A stretch of DNA of 36,365 nt from Acidimicrobiia bacterium. Lineage in GTDB: Bacteria; Actinomycetota; Acidimicrobiia; Acidimicrobiales; Bin134. Position numbers and translations under genes: made by a program. The notes under the pieces are model-generated. The model was not told where the DNA came from and searched no databases. It saw only the letters and a program-made list of their open reading frames with translations. The stretch spans positions 1 to 36,365 of the forward strand of contig JAJEEH010000266.1 in NCBI GenBank assembly GCA_022821105.1. The letters run 5' to 3'. Shown here piece by piece: positions 1 to 8,488 of the stretch (its first letter is position 1; each line of letters starts with the position of its first letter).

Positions 1-47
1 ACCGCCGAGGGGTGTCAGATCGGATGTTGGGGGAGTGGGGGTGGGGG

Positions 48-1061
48 CTATTCCAACCAGTCGAGAAGGGTGTGGGAATTGAGCAGTTCGCACTCGGGTG
101 GCGGGGATGTCTCGGTCAATTGCAGATCATCGCCGTCGAGGTACACCGACACCTGAACTTCGACTCCATCGACCACTGCGTCGAATCGACTCAGCAGTTG
201 GATGCCCTCGTCCGGGTACAGCGGACAGTCCTTGAGGTCGATGGCGATGGTTTCGTCGAGTCTGGTGGCGCCCTGGGCGTCCACGAGATCTTTGGCCAAC
301 AGCTTCATGTAGTCGACCAGATCAGAGGCGGTCTCGAACTCCAAGTGGGCCTCTCCTGATGTGGGCACAACGTCAGCCGCTTCGTCGGCCATGGCCATCT
401 CCCCGACTTCGGGCTCATCGGCAGCGGCTTCCATTGGTTCTGATTCCGCGTACCCCTCGTCGTCCATGGGGGCTTCCGCGAGTTCGACCGCCACGTCTTC
501 ATCCATCATCGCCTCGGCGGGGGCCTCCGCCGCGAAGACTTCCCCAGCGTCATCAGAAGCAGGACCGGCAACCGATTCTTCGGCAGATTCCTGGACGTCG
601 GCTTCGGCGGCTGGAGCGGGCAGTGCCATTTCCTCGGTGTCTGCCGGCGCGTCGGCCGCCACGGGCGCCGACGCCATGTCGTCATCGGCGAACTCGTCTC
701 CTTGCCGATCCAGGACGGTCACGCCCACCAAGGCGATGGCCGCAACCACCGCGGCGGCCGCCAGAATCGCCCTGGCCTGAGGGGGGATGGCCCGCAACCG
801 GCGTCGGGCAGTTTCCATAGACACCACCGGAGCCCGGTGATCCAAGGCCTGAGCGATCATCTGGTCTCGCACCTCGTCGGAAGGCGCCTCCACTGGAGCG
901 GCCACTAGATCCCGCACCGCCCGGAGCTCTTCCACCAGCTCCTGCAAGCGGGGATCGTTTTCCACCAGGGCGACTTCTTCCGCCGTGGCCTCCCCGTCCA
1001 GATAGGCGGAGGCCAGCTCGTCGAGTTCTTCTGGGGTCATGTGACCGCGTTCGTCGCTCAT
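48..1061 (-). CDS. Putative membrane-anchored anti-sigma factor (RsmA-like), very acidic C-terminal region
   Basis: Overlaps the ECF sigma stop by 4 nt. N-terminal anti-sigma-like helix 'LDELASAYLDGEATAEEVALVE', single TM 'ILAAAAVVAAIALVGVTVL', then a D/E/A/P-rich region and a Cys pair. Confidence 0.75.
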   Translation of the reverse strand: MSDERGHMTPEELDELASAYLDGEATAEEVALVENDPRLQELVEELRAVRDLVAAPVEAPSDEVRDQMIAQALDHRAPVVSMETARRRLRAIPPQARAILAAAAVVAAIALVGVTVLDRQGDEFADDDMASAPVAADAPADTEEMALPAPAAEADVQESAEESVAGPASDDAGEVFAAEAPAEAMMDEDVAVELAEAPMDDEGYAESEPMEAAADEPEVGEMAMADEAADVVPTSGEAHLEFETASDLVDYMKLLAKDLVDAQGATRLDETIAIDLKDCPLYPDEGIQLLSRFDAVVDGVEVQVSVYLDGDDLQLTETSPPPECELLNSHTLLDWLE

Positions 1062-1603
1062 GGTCTCTCCCCAGTGTGACGTTGGCCGGGGTCGTCTGGG
1101 TTCCCGCGCAGCACTTCCGCCAGCCGTCGGCGTCCCCGGGAGATGCGCGACCTCACTGTGCCGGGGGCGATGTTCAGCTCTTCGGCAATCTCCTCATAGC
1201 TCAATCCCACCTGGTCGCACAGCACCACCGGCACCCGGAACATCTCGGGGAGCTGGGCCAATGCCGCCTCGATGTCCATGCGGTCGCCCACCATGTCGGC
1301 CACCGGCCGCTCGGCCGCCGCCAAGGGCTGCTCCTCCACGGGGGACGGCACCGGGCGTCGGCCCCGCCGCCGCAGCTCGTCCAAACAGGCGTTGGTCACC
1401 ACCCGGTGCATCCAGGTGGTGAACTTCGACCGACCGTCGAAGCGGTCGATGCGCCTCACCAGGGTGATAAGCGCCTCCTGGGTGGCATCGAGGGCGTCGG
1501 CCTCGTTGCCGGCCAATCTCCGGCAGACGGCGTAGATCTGGTTGTAGTGCTTCCGCAGCAGGGCATCGAACGCGGCCTGGTCACCCTTTTGAGCTCTCTT
1601 CAC
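1058..1603 (-). CDS. ECF RNA polymerase sigma factor (SigM-like); start uncertain
   Basis: Region 2 'DALDATQEALI..FDGRSKFTTWMHRVVTNACLDELRRR' and region 4 'LSYEEIAEELNIAPGTVRSRISRGR'. Confidence 0.92.
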   Translation of the reverse strand: MKRAQKGDQAAFDALLRKHYNQIYAVCRRLAGNEADALDATQEALITLVRRIDRFDGRSKFTTWMHRVVTNACLDELRRRGRRPVPSPVEEQPLAAAERPVADMVGDRMDIEAALAQLPEMFRVPVVLCDQVGLSYEEIAEELNIAPGTVRSRISRGRRRLAEVLRGNPDDPGQRHTGERP

Positions 1604-1691
1604 CAGCTCCGTGTCATCCGCCGCGCCTCTGATGCCCCGAGGGTACCCACCCGGCGCCTCTGGCTGGTTGCACTGTAAGTTTGGTCCGCCG

Positions 1692-1717
1692 GGAACTAAT
1701 CCGCCCCGCCTTTCGTC
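1692..1717 (+). promoter_or_regulatory. ECF sigma-type promoter GGAAC-N17-CGTC upstream of the DUF4349-like lipoprotein
   Basis: GGAAC at 1692-1696 and CGTC at 1714-1717 match the actinobacterial ECF (SigM/SigH class) promoter pattern. SD-like GGGGAGG precedes ATG 1751. Confidence 0.65.
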
Positions 1718-1750
1718 TTAGTTGGCAACGCTCGATAGGGGAGGAAACCC

Positions 1751-3148
1751 ATGGACGACGCGATCCGCACTACAACCAGGCCCAAGCGCCGCACCTTGAG
1801 CTTCATGTTGCTGGCGGTGCTCAGTGTGGTGTTTGTACTGCTCGGTGCCTGCAATGCCGGCAACGATGACGACGCTGCCGAGGTTTCCGCTCCTGCCGAT
1901 TTCGATGCCCCAGCGGCCGCAGCCGACGACTCTGGGGAGAGGCTGGCGCGCGAGGAGTCTGAAGAGGCAGCAATGGATGCACCCGCTGAAGACGCGTCTG
2001 AAACCGTCCAATTGACGAGCGGCGACAGCGGCCTGGCCGTTCCCACCGCCCTCACCCCCGCCGATCTGGGCCGCGACATCATCTACACCGCCGAGATCTC
2101 GGTGCAGGCCGACGACGTGACCGCGGCCAGCCGGGAGGCGGTGGCCATCGTGCAGGGCCTGGGCGGCATCGTGTTCTCCCAAACCACCCAAACCGAGCCC
2201 CGGCCCCGCACCGCCATCACCTTCAAGGTGCTGCCCGACGACTTCTCCACCGCCCTCGAGCGGCTGGCCGGCGTGGGCAAGCTGGTGGACCAGTCCATCA
2301 GCTCCGACGACGTGACCGAGATCATCGTGGATCTGCGGAGCCGCATCATCACTGCCGAGGCCAGCGTGGAGCGGCTGCGGAATTTCCTCCAACAGGCCAC
2401 CGAACTCGAAGACGTGGCCGAGCTCGAGCGGGAGCTGCTCGACCGCGAGACCACCCTGGAGCGGCTGCGCGGTCAGCTCCGCACCCTGCAAAACCAGGTT
2501 GATCTGGCCACCATCACGATCACCATCACCCAGTCGCCCACCGTGCTGCCCGACACCGGGATCATGGTCACCGCCTGGGTTTCCGAGCGCGCCGACGACC
2601 CCTGCCTGGGAGTCCAGAACATAACCGTGGAGCCCGAGGCAAGGGTCTATCTCTGCCTGGAGGTGGAGAACACCGGGACTTCAGCGCTCACCGATGTGGA
2701 GGTGAGCACCCGCAACCTGCGCCTCAACCTGGACAACTTCCGGCCCGCCCAGGGCACCTTCAGCCGGATCGAGCCCAGCGAGCTCATGGCCGCGGTCCTA
2801 GAGCTGCCCATCGAAGAGGGCCGCCTGGCCGGCCGGGTGGCCACCCGAGGCCTGCCCATCGAGCTGGAGGTGACCGCTACCCCCATCGATTTCGACGGCA
2901 CCGCCCTCGATGAGGTGTGGGGCGAGTCGGTTGTCTGGGTTCAGGTGGACACCGACGACGCCCTGCCCGGCTTCGGCGATTCGGTGTCCGACGGCGCCAG
3001 CGGCGTGGTGGCCGTGTTCAGCGTGGTTCTGATCGTGGTCGGCGTGCTGTTGCCCTTCCTCCCCATCATCGCGGCGATCGCCGCTCTGATCTGGTGGGTC
3101 CGTCGCCGCAACCGCAAAGCAGAGTCAACGCCGCCAACGGCTACCTGA
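1751..3148 (+). CDS. DUF4349-like lipoprotein with coiled coil, Ig-like insert and C-terminal TM anchor
   Basis: Lipobox 'LLGAC', 'DVTEIIVDLRSRI..LERLRGQLRTLQNQVDLATITITI' coiled-coil signature, C-terminal hydrophobic helix followed by 'RRRNRK'. Confidence 0.8.
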   Translation: MDDAIRTTTRPKRRTLSFMLLAVLSVVFVLLGACNAGNDDDAAEVSAPADFDAPAAAADDSGERLAREESEEAAMDAPAEDASETVQLTSGDSGLAVPTALTPADLGRDIIYTAEISVQADDVTAASREAVAIVQGLGGIVFSQTTQTEPRPRTAITFKVLPDDFSTALERLAGVGKLVDQSISSDDVTEIIVDLRSRIITAEASVERLRNFLQQATELEDVAELERELLDRETTLERLRGQLRTLQNQVDLATITITITQSPTVLPDTGIMVTAWVSERADDPCLGVQNITVEPEARVYLCLEVENTGTSALTDVEVSTRNLRLNLDNFRPAQGTFSRIEPSELMAAVLELPIEEGRLAGRVATRGLPIELEVTATPIDFDGTALDEVWGESVVWVQVDTDDALPGFGDSVSDGASGVVAVFSVVLIVVGVLLPFLPIIAAIAALIWWVRRRNRKAESTPPTAT

Positions 3149-6017
3149 ACATGGAACGAGTCGACATCAGCTGCTCGTACAGCTCCAAGAGGTCGGGGCC
3201 GATGAGATCGTCGGACTCGGGTTGGTTGCTCTCCCGCTTCAGCAAGCGCACCAGCTCCGCCATGATCTGGCGGACCTCGGTGGGGTTCTCGGCTGCGGCC
3301 ATCAACCGCAGGCGGTAGCACTGCTCGCAGACCCCGACCAATTGGAGGCTGGTCAAGACCGCTCCTTTAGCACCGTCGGTATCACCTACCTCCAAGCACC
3401 GTTCGGCTAAGTCGTGGGCCGCAGTATCCACCAAACAGTCGATGTGGGTACGCAGCCCGAAATCAGCCCATCGGAACATGTCGCCGGCGCCGCCGGTAAA
3501 CGGTGTTCCCCGCACCAGATCGAGTGCAGATTGAAGCTGCTCTCGACCGCGCTGGCCCGCATCCTTGCGGGCAGCCGAAACGAGGGCTTCGAACCTGCTG
3601 ACATCGGTTCCCACCCCTTCCCGCAGTCGATAAATCCCCTTGGGGCTCACTCTTGGCAGGTATAGATCGCCGTTTTCGTTGGACCCAAGGGCATTGCGAG
3701 CTCGACTCACCGTGTTGGCCAAGGTGGACTCAGAAGGTGGTTCGTCGGAGGGCCATATATGGGTTCGCAGCTGGTCTCGATCAGCTCCTTCAGGATGAAA
3801 GGCCAGATAGGTAACCAGATCTAACGCTCGTCGAGACGTAAACGGGTTGGCAGCCCCAGACACTTCTACAGTTCCCAATACCCGGACCTCAATGCTCACA
3901 TCCAAGGGGTCGATTGGAGAGGCGTCGCGTTTGACTTCGACCAGTCGTGGGATTGGAGGCACGGTCAGGGCTACTCCCTCGGTGTCTTTCGCTGAAGAGG
4001 CCAATTCAGCAAAAGCGGTGATGGCCGCATCAGGCACCCCTTGGGCCTCCAATAGAAGACCGATGGGCTGAAGCAGAAGGCCATCTTCATCGAATCGACC
4101 CACCCACGAGGCATCGTCGAGGCCGTGAGCTACGACACTGACAGAGGAATCGCATGCTTTGAGGAGTTCGGGGGCATCTTCCTCGCTTAGCTGATGGGGG
4201 ACCAGTGTCACCATTGGGTGCGAGTAGTCACCCTTGTCCCCAAATCTGTTGCCGACGACGGGGGAATGGCTTCCCAACAATGCTCGATTTTGACGCTGGT
4301 GGTGCCTGATTCGCTCAATGGCGGAAGCCACATCCGGTACGTATTCGACTCGCTCCATCACGGTGAGTTCTTGTCCGAACCCCACACACAAGACGGTTAG
4401 GTCATCGGCCAAGTGGCTGCTGGCCAGCTGCATTGCCAATGCCGAGCAAAAGCCAGCTATCGCGTCAGGGCTTCCTTCCAGGCTCAGGGCGGCCATGTGC
4501 TCCAGGTTCAGAAGAAACTCACTGCCGCTTGCCTTACCCACGGTGGACAGGGTGGGCAACGGCGCGGGCACACCATCGGCTTCATCCAAGAGTCGTTCCA
4601 GCCCTCCGTCCTTCCTAAGCGACCAAGTCATGCCGTCGTCGCCGGTGTGAAATCCGGGTGGAGCCTCGATGGGTGAGCTGAGGTGAATCGACACTTCGTT
4701 TGAATCCAGAGATACTCCGATGATGTTGGGAGGCGTGCTGTCATCAAACCGAGAAGACATGATTCGCAGAGACGCATCCAGGAAGAGAGCAGCATCAGGA
4801 TCGGCAGCGGATTGCAGTTGTTGGTCCAACTGAATCGCGATCTTGGAGGGAGGCACGGGCATTCGACCATTTGGCAGCCGACGGCGCTGAGTCCTTCGAA
4901 GACGGGCCAGCACCCACCCAAGGCTGCTGGCGAAAACTCCCAGACCACCGACAGCGAACATTGCCTCCTTGCTGGGGGCAGACTGCCGATCTGTGCTTTC
5001 GGAAGGAACACTGGCCACCACCATTGGCCTAGCCGTGGCGTAGGCCGACACAAGGGCGGCGCTGTCGACCTTCTCCGGTACAGGTTGAGCCTCGATGGCT
5101 TCTGTGGCGACCTTTTCCGGTACAGGTTGAGTCTCGATGGCTTCTGTGGCGACCTTCTCCGGTACGGATTGGGCTAGTGGCGCGGCAAGAGTCGGCTTGG
5201 GATCAAGGGCGGGGATCTCTAGCTGCCATCCAGGCAATATGACTTCTGGGTCTTGGATGATGTCCTGGTTGGAGTCGAAGATTTCAACCCACCTCTCTGG
5301 GTCATTGAGATGTTGAGCCGCCAGTCGCCACAAGGTGTCGCCGCTCTGGACCGTGACCAAGGATTGGTCGAGGACGGGATCAGGCAGGACAAGCTCCCAC
5401 TCGGCTTCGGACTGGCCTGTGTCCGACGGCGATCCTCCGTCTAGTTGCCCTTGCCCTTCGTCCAGCACGAATACCTCAGTCCATCTGTTTGGATCCCCCA
5501 GGTACTGCTCAGCCAACTGGCGCACGCTGTCGTGTCGTTCCGCAGCATGGACGATCAGGTCGTCATCTGCGGCCTCGACATCCATCTTGAATTCTGTTGG
5601 AACTAGGAGCTCTTGATTGTCGGCCAGCGCAACTCCTGGATGTTGGAGTGAGAAGGAGATCAAAAGAGCCGCTCCCATGATTTGGGCCGATATGCGCTGG
5701 ATGAACGAGGGCAAGAAAACAACCCGAGGGGCAACTCGGCCTCGAAGGTGGGCCCACGCTTCTATCCCCACTCCGGCAAGCAACAGGAACCAAAGAACCC
5801 ACACAACGACCGAAATGGACTTCCAGATCGCAGAGGGGGGCACAGCCCCTGTCTTGATGGCGGTCACAAGGTCCGAACCCGAGGGGATTCCTTGGGGAAG
5901 TGGCCAACCCACCCCAAAGATCAGGACTATCGGTACGCCGATCAACAAGCCGGCCAATAGCACGGCTGAAACCAGGCCGCGGACAATTTCCCTTCGGGGG
6001 TCTTCATTCAGGTTCAT
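3141..6017 (-). CDS. Transmembrane LysM-domain protein with C-terminal OmpR-like wHTH and BTAD (SARP-like) regulator module
   Basis: N-terminal TMs; LysM 'VTVQSGDTLWRLAAQHLNDPERWVEIFDSN..PEVILPGWQLEIP' plus a degenerate upstream LysM; TM followed by 'RLRRTQRRR'; SARP-like 'IEVRVLGTVEV..LVTYLAFHPEG..TDVSRFEALV..ALDLVRGTPF'. Confidence 0.85.
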   Translation of the reverse strand: MNLNEDPRREIVRGLVSAVLLAGLLIGVPIVLIFGVGWPLPQGIPSGSDLVTAIKTGAVPPSAIWKSISVVVWVLWFLLLAGVGIEAWAHLRGRVAPRVVFLPSFIQRISAQIMGAALLISFSLQHPGVALADNQELLVPTEFKMDVEAADDDLIVHAAERHDSVRQLAEQYLGDPNRWTEVFVLDEGQGQLDGGSPSDTGQSEAEWELVLPDPVLDQSLVTVQSGDTLWRLAAQHLNDPERWVEIFDSNQDIIQDPEVILPGWQLEIPALDPKPTLAAPLAQSVPEKVATEAIETQPVPEKVATEAIEAQPVPEKVDSAALVSAYATARPMVVASVPSESTDRQSAPSKEAMFAVGGLGVFASSLGWVLARLRRTQRRRLPNGRMPVPPSKIAIQLDQQLQSAADPDAALFLDASLRIMSSRFDDSTPPNIIGVSLDSNEVSIHLSSPIEAPPGFHTGDDGMTWSLRKDGGLERLLDEADGVPAPLPTLSTVGKASGSEFLLNLEHMAALSLEGSPDAIAGFCSALAMQLASSHLADDLTVLCVGFGQELTVMERVEYVPDVASAIERIRHHQRQNRALLGSHSPVVGNRFGDKGDYSHPMVTLVPHQLSEEDAPELLKACDSSVSVVAHGLDDASWVGRFDEDGLLLQPIGLLLEAQGVPDAAITAFAELASSAKDTEGVALTVPPIPRLVEVKRDASPIDPLDVSIEVRVLGTVEVSGAANPFTSRRALDLVTYLAFHPEGADRDQLRTHIWPSDEPPSESTLANTVSRARNALGSNENGDLYLPRVSPKGIYRLREGVGTDVSRFEALVSAARKDAGQRGREQLQSALDLVRGTPFTGGAGDMFRWADFGLRTHIDCLVDTAAHDLAERCLEVGDTDGAKGAVLTSLQLVGVCEQCYRLRLMAAAENPTEVRQIMAELVRLLKRESNQPESDDLIGPDLLELYEQLMSTRSMFR
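5066..5165. repeat. In-frame 42-bp tandem repeat (~2.4 copies) encoding (VPEKVATEAIExQP)n
   Basis: Unit cgaccttctccggtacaggttgagcctcgatggcttctgtgg starts at 5066, 5108 and partially 5150, with only a few mismatches. Confidence 0.95.
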
Positions 6018-6475
6018 AGGTAATCTCCTCTGTCTATTCCCTGTATGGCACGGGCACTGGCGTGTCCAGTCACCCGACGTGTCTCAATGCCGAGCATTGA
6101 GAGCACTCGAAGAGGCTGGGTCAACCACACAGTTGCGGAGACCGTGTCGCCCCGGACCGAGATCGACCACTCATCGTTTGGGCCGAGAAATTCCGACGCC
6201 GCGATTCGCGCCTTCGTTGGGTCAACGGTCACGTTCCCTTCCCCTTGGTAGATGGATTCGGTTGAAATCGCCTGGGCGCCGGCTCTGGCTGCCTCCAGCG
6301 CCAGGGAGGAGGCAGCCCGCTTGGCGTTCAGAATCTGGGCACCGTCGTAAGCCAGTCCTCCAAGCATGACTAGTGCCGCAGCCAACACGACGAAGACCAC
6401 CGTGACCTGTCCCCGTTGCCGGTCTGTGCGTGATCGGGGATGGCCAAGAGTCCTTCTCGAGGGACCTCGGTGCAC
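6014..6475 (-). CDS. Tad pilus pseudopilin (TadG/Tad_N-like)
   Basis: 'RQRG|QVTVVFVVLAAALVMLGGLAYDGAQILNAKRAASSLALEAARAGAQ'. GTG at 6475, just after the upstream TadE stop and with GAGG upstream, chosen over the longer ORF. Confidence 0.8.
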   Translation of the reverse strand: MHRGPSRRTLGHPRSRTDRQRGQVTVVFVVLAAALVMLGGLAYDGAQILNAKRAASSLALEAARAGAQAISTESIYQGEGNVTVDPTKARIAASEFLGPNDEWSISVRGDTVSATVWLTQPLRVLSMLGIETRRVTGHASARAIQGIDRGDYL

Positions 6476-6477
6476 AG

Positions 6478-6927
6478 CTACGAGCCCTCGCTTCGAAAGC
6501 GGTCCACCACTGACATGGACTCGGCGGACACCACTCGACTCCCGGGCAGACCAGGCACGGCCAGATCCGAAAGCCTCACCACACACGAAACTTGGAGATG
6601 CACCTTTCCACCCGGCCGAAGATCAAGTTCCAAGACACGAATCTGGGGACCTCCATGACAACTCGTATTTAGGTGCTCCAGGGTGGCCTTTGCGGTTGTC
6701 GATGCCGCGGCCTGCGCATTCGAGACCGACTGGGTTTGTGACGCGGCGCGGGCCGCGCTGCGAGCTGCGGAAGTGAGCTTGCTCTCAATTACTCCTAGTC
6801 GCCCGGCGGCCACAACGAAGAAGAGAAGTGTGGCCATCACCGGAGTCAGAATCACCAGTCCCACCACACTGCTTCCTCGTTCCGCGGTTCCCTTTGGCCG
6901 ACGGCGCCACCGGATCTGGGTCTTCAT
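6478..6927 (-). CDS. tadE: TadE-family minor pilin
   Basis: 'ERG|SSVVGLVILTPVMATLLFFVVAAGR..AARSAARAAS' in the Tad operon. Confidence 0.82.
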   Translation of the reverse strand: MKTQIRWRRRPKGTAERGSSVVGLVILTPVMATLLFFVVAAGRLGVIESKLTSAARSAARAASQTQSVSNAQAAASTTAKATLEHLNTSCHGGPQIRVLELDLRPGGKVHLQVSCVVRLSDLAVPGLPGSRVVSAESMSVVDRFRSEGS

Positions 6928-7301
6928 CTTCGGTACTCAGGAACAAAGACCTCGCGTGGTCCCGCCGCAGTAGAAGAAACGCTGGGGCGATACCCAGGGA
7001 TCAGCGACTTCACGGCGGCCTGTACGGTCACCGACAGCCGCGATGGGTCTGCTTGCACAGAGACATCCACGTCCGACAACAGGTTGCCCGCGCTTGCTCC
7101 GATGACCGACCGCACGGCCGAGTGGGCTGCCGCCTCGGTGCCCAATTCGCCTTGACCAGCCTGGGCGCCCTCTTGAGCAGCAGCATCCACTAGAGCCTGG
7201 GCATGAAAGACCAGGGCTGCTTGGACGACCACGAAGACCAAAAGCATGGCAACGGGTACGACCAGGACGGCGGTCGTTACTTCACCGCGCTCGCACTGCA
7301 T
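6924..7301 (-). CDS. tadE: TadE-family minor pilin
   Basis: 'MQCERG|EVTTAVLVVPVAMLLVFVVVQAALVFHAQALVDAAAQEGAQAG'. ATG 7301 preferred because the longer ORF overlaps the pilin gene. Confidence 0.8.
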   Translation of the reverse strand: MQCERGEVTTAVLVVPVAMLLVFVVVQAALVFHAQALVDAAAQEGAQAGQGELGTEAAAHSAVRSVIGASAGNLLSDVDVSVQADPSRLSVTVQAAVKSLIPGYRPSVSSTAAGPREVFVPEYRR

Positions 7302-7327
7302 TCCTTGGTCTGCCCCACCGTCGTCGA

Positions 7328-7534
7328 TCAGCTGATTTTGCTGGTCTGGCCGGTGATAAAGGTGGTGATGACCACTCCGGCAGCCACCGCCGCGGCGACC
7401 AAGACCGCGATGATGATCACCGTTGAGGTCACATCCCCTCGTTCGGCTTGCCACGCCTGGCGAACGCGTTGTTCGAGTCCCGCCAATGCGACGGTCATTT
7501 GTTCATAGAGCTTGGCAGCCACTCTCATCGTCAT
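7328..7534 (-). CDS. Flp-like major pilin
   Basis: 68 aa, leader ending 'AERG' followed by one hydrophobic helix; lies between tadC and tadE; AGGAG upstream. Confidence 0.75.
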   Translation of the reverse strand: MTMRVAAKLYEQMTVALAGLEQRVRQAWQAERGDVTSTVIIIAVLVAAAVAAGVVITTFITGQTSKIS

Positions 7535-7609
7535 CTCCTGCCAAATGTTGATTGGGGCGATTCAAGTCGCCGATAAGTACATGTCTCGCAGCCTGGTCTC
7601 CAGGGCCAT

Positions 7610-8488
7610 TCATGGGCTGAGAATGGCCGCCACTGCCGGATACCCAATGAGTCCCAAGAAGCCAGTGAACAGGAGGACCACTGGAAGGGACATGTGCTCG
7701 GTAGCCTGTTGGGCTTCTGCTTCTGCCTCGTTCAACGCCCGCTCTCGCAATCCCCGGGCCTTGACGCGCAAGGACGACCGCACTCTTGACCCAGAAGTTC
7801 CGGCCAGCCTCAGCCACGCCGCCAGCTCCTCTAGTTCCGGTGAGCCGAGGTCTCGACCGAGTTTCTCTAGAGCTGTCCATGGAGGTTCGTTTGCCAGCTG
7901 AGCTTGCCGCAAGGTCCTTTGGATCTCGGCAAATCCCCAGGCAGAACCCAGGTCTGCCGCATCAGCCAGTGCCCGTTCCATGCCCGAGCCTCCCGACAGG
8001 TGGAGTCCCACCAAGTCCAGATAGGTGCTGACGTGGTTCCTCAGTTCTCGGCGTCGCTTACGGGCCTTTTCTCGCAATGACAGATCTGGAACGAAGAACA
8101 TGAGGCCTCCCGCCAGGATCGACGCTAGGACCACGACGGTCGGGGAGACCCACGCTCGGGTCAACCAGGTGATAACCCAAACTCCCACGGGCAATCCCAC
8201 CCCTAGTACCAGCATCCCGAGCTTTGCCAACGCCAGTGCTTCGGGGGTCTGCCCGGCCACCCTGAGGTCCCGCTCAACCCGGCGTCCTCGAAGATTCAAT
8301 CGACCAAACGTCTGCTCGGCGGCACGGCCCAGTCGCTCTCGGCGAGTCTTGGACTGGCTGGTGTGGTCAATTGGCCTGCTCAGTTCGCTCAGCCTGTTCT
8401 GCAATGCCTCTCGAGGGGGAAACAGACCCCACAAGGCCACAGTGAGACCAAATCCGATCATCGTGCCCATGGTTAGACCAACGATCAT
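7610..8488 (-). CDS. tadC: TadC / T2SS-F family pilus platform protein
   Basis: 'YLDLVGLHLSGGSGMERAL..ELEELAAWLRLAGTSGSRVRSSL..AEAEAQQATEHMSLPVVL'. Confidence 0.88.
   Translation of the reverse strand: MIVGLTMGTMIGFGLTVALWGLFPPREALQNRLSELSRPIDHTSQSKTRRERLGRAAEQTFGRLNLRGRRVERDLRVAGQTPEALALAKLGMLVLGVGLPVGVWVITWLTRAWVSPTVVVLASILAGGLMFFVPDLSLREKARKRRRELRNHVSTYLDLVGLHLSGGSGMERALADAADLGSAWGFAEIQRTLRQAQLANEPPWTALEKLGRDLGSPELEELAAWLRLAGTSGSRVRSSLRVKARGLRERALNEAEAEAQQATEHMSLPVVLLFTGFLGLIGYPAVAAILSP

Noticed and set aside
9-47. G-tract cluster (possible G-quadruplex)
   Set aside because: Only three closely spaced tracts plus a distant fourth; better explained as the C-rich tail on the coding strand; truncated by the window edge.
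5066-5165. Possible mini-CRISPR
   Set aside because: Units are contiguous with no unique spacers, lie in frame within a CDS, and no cas genes are present.
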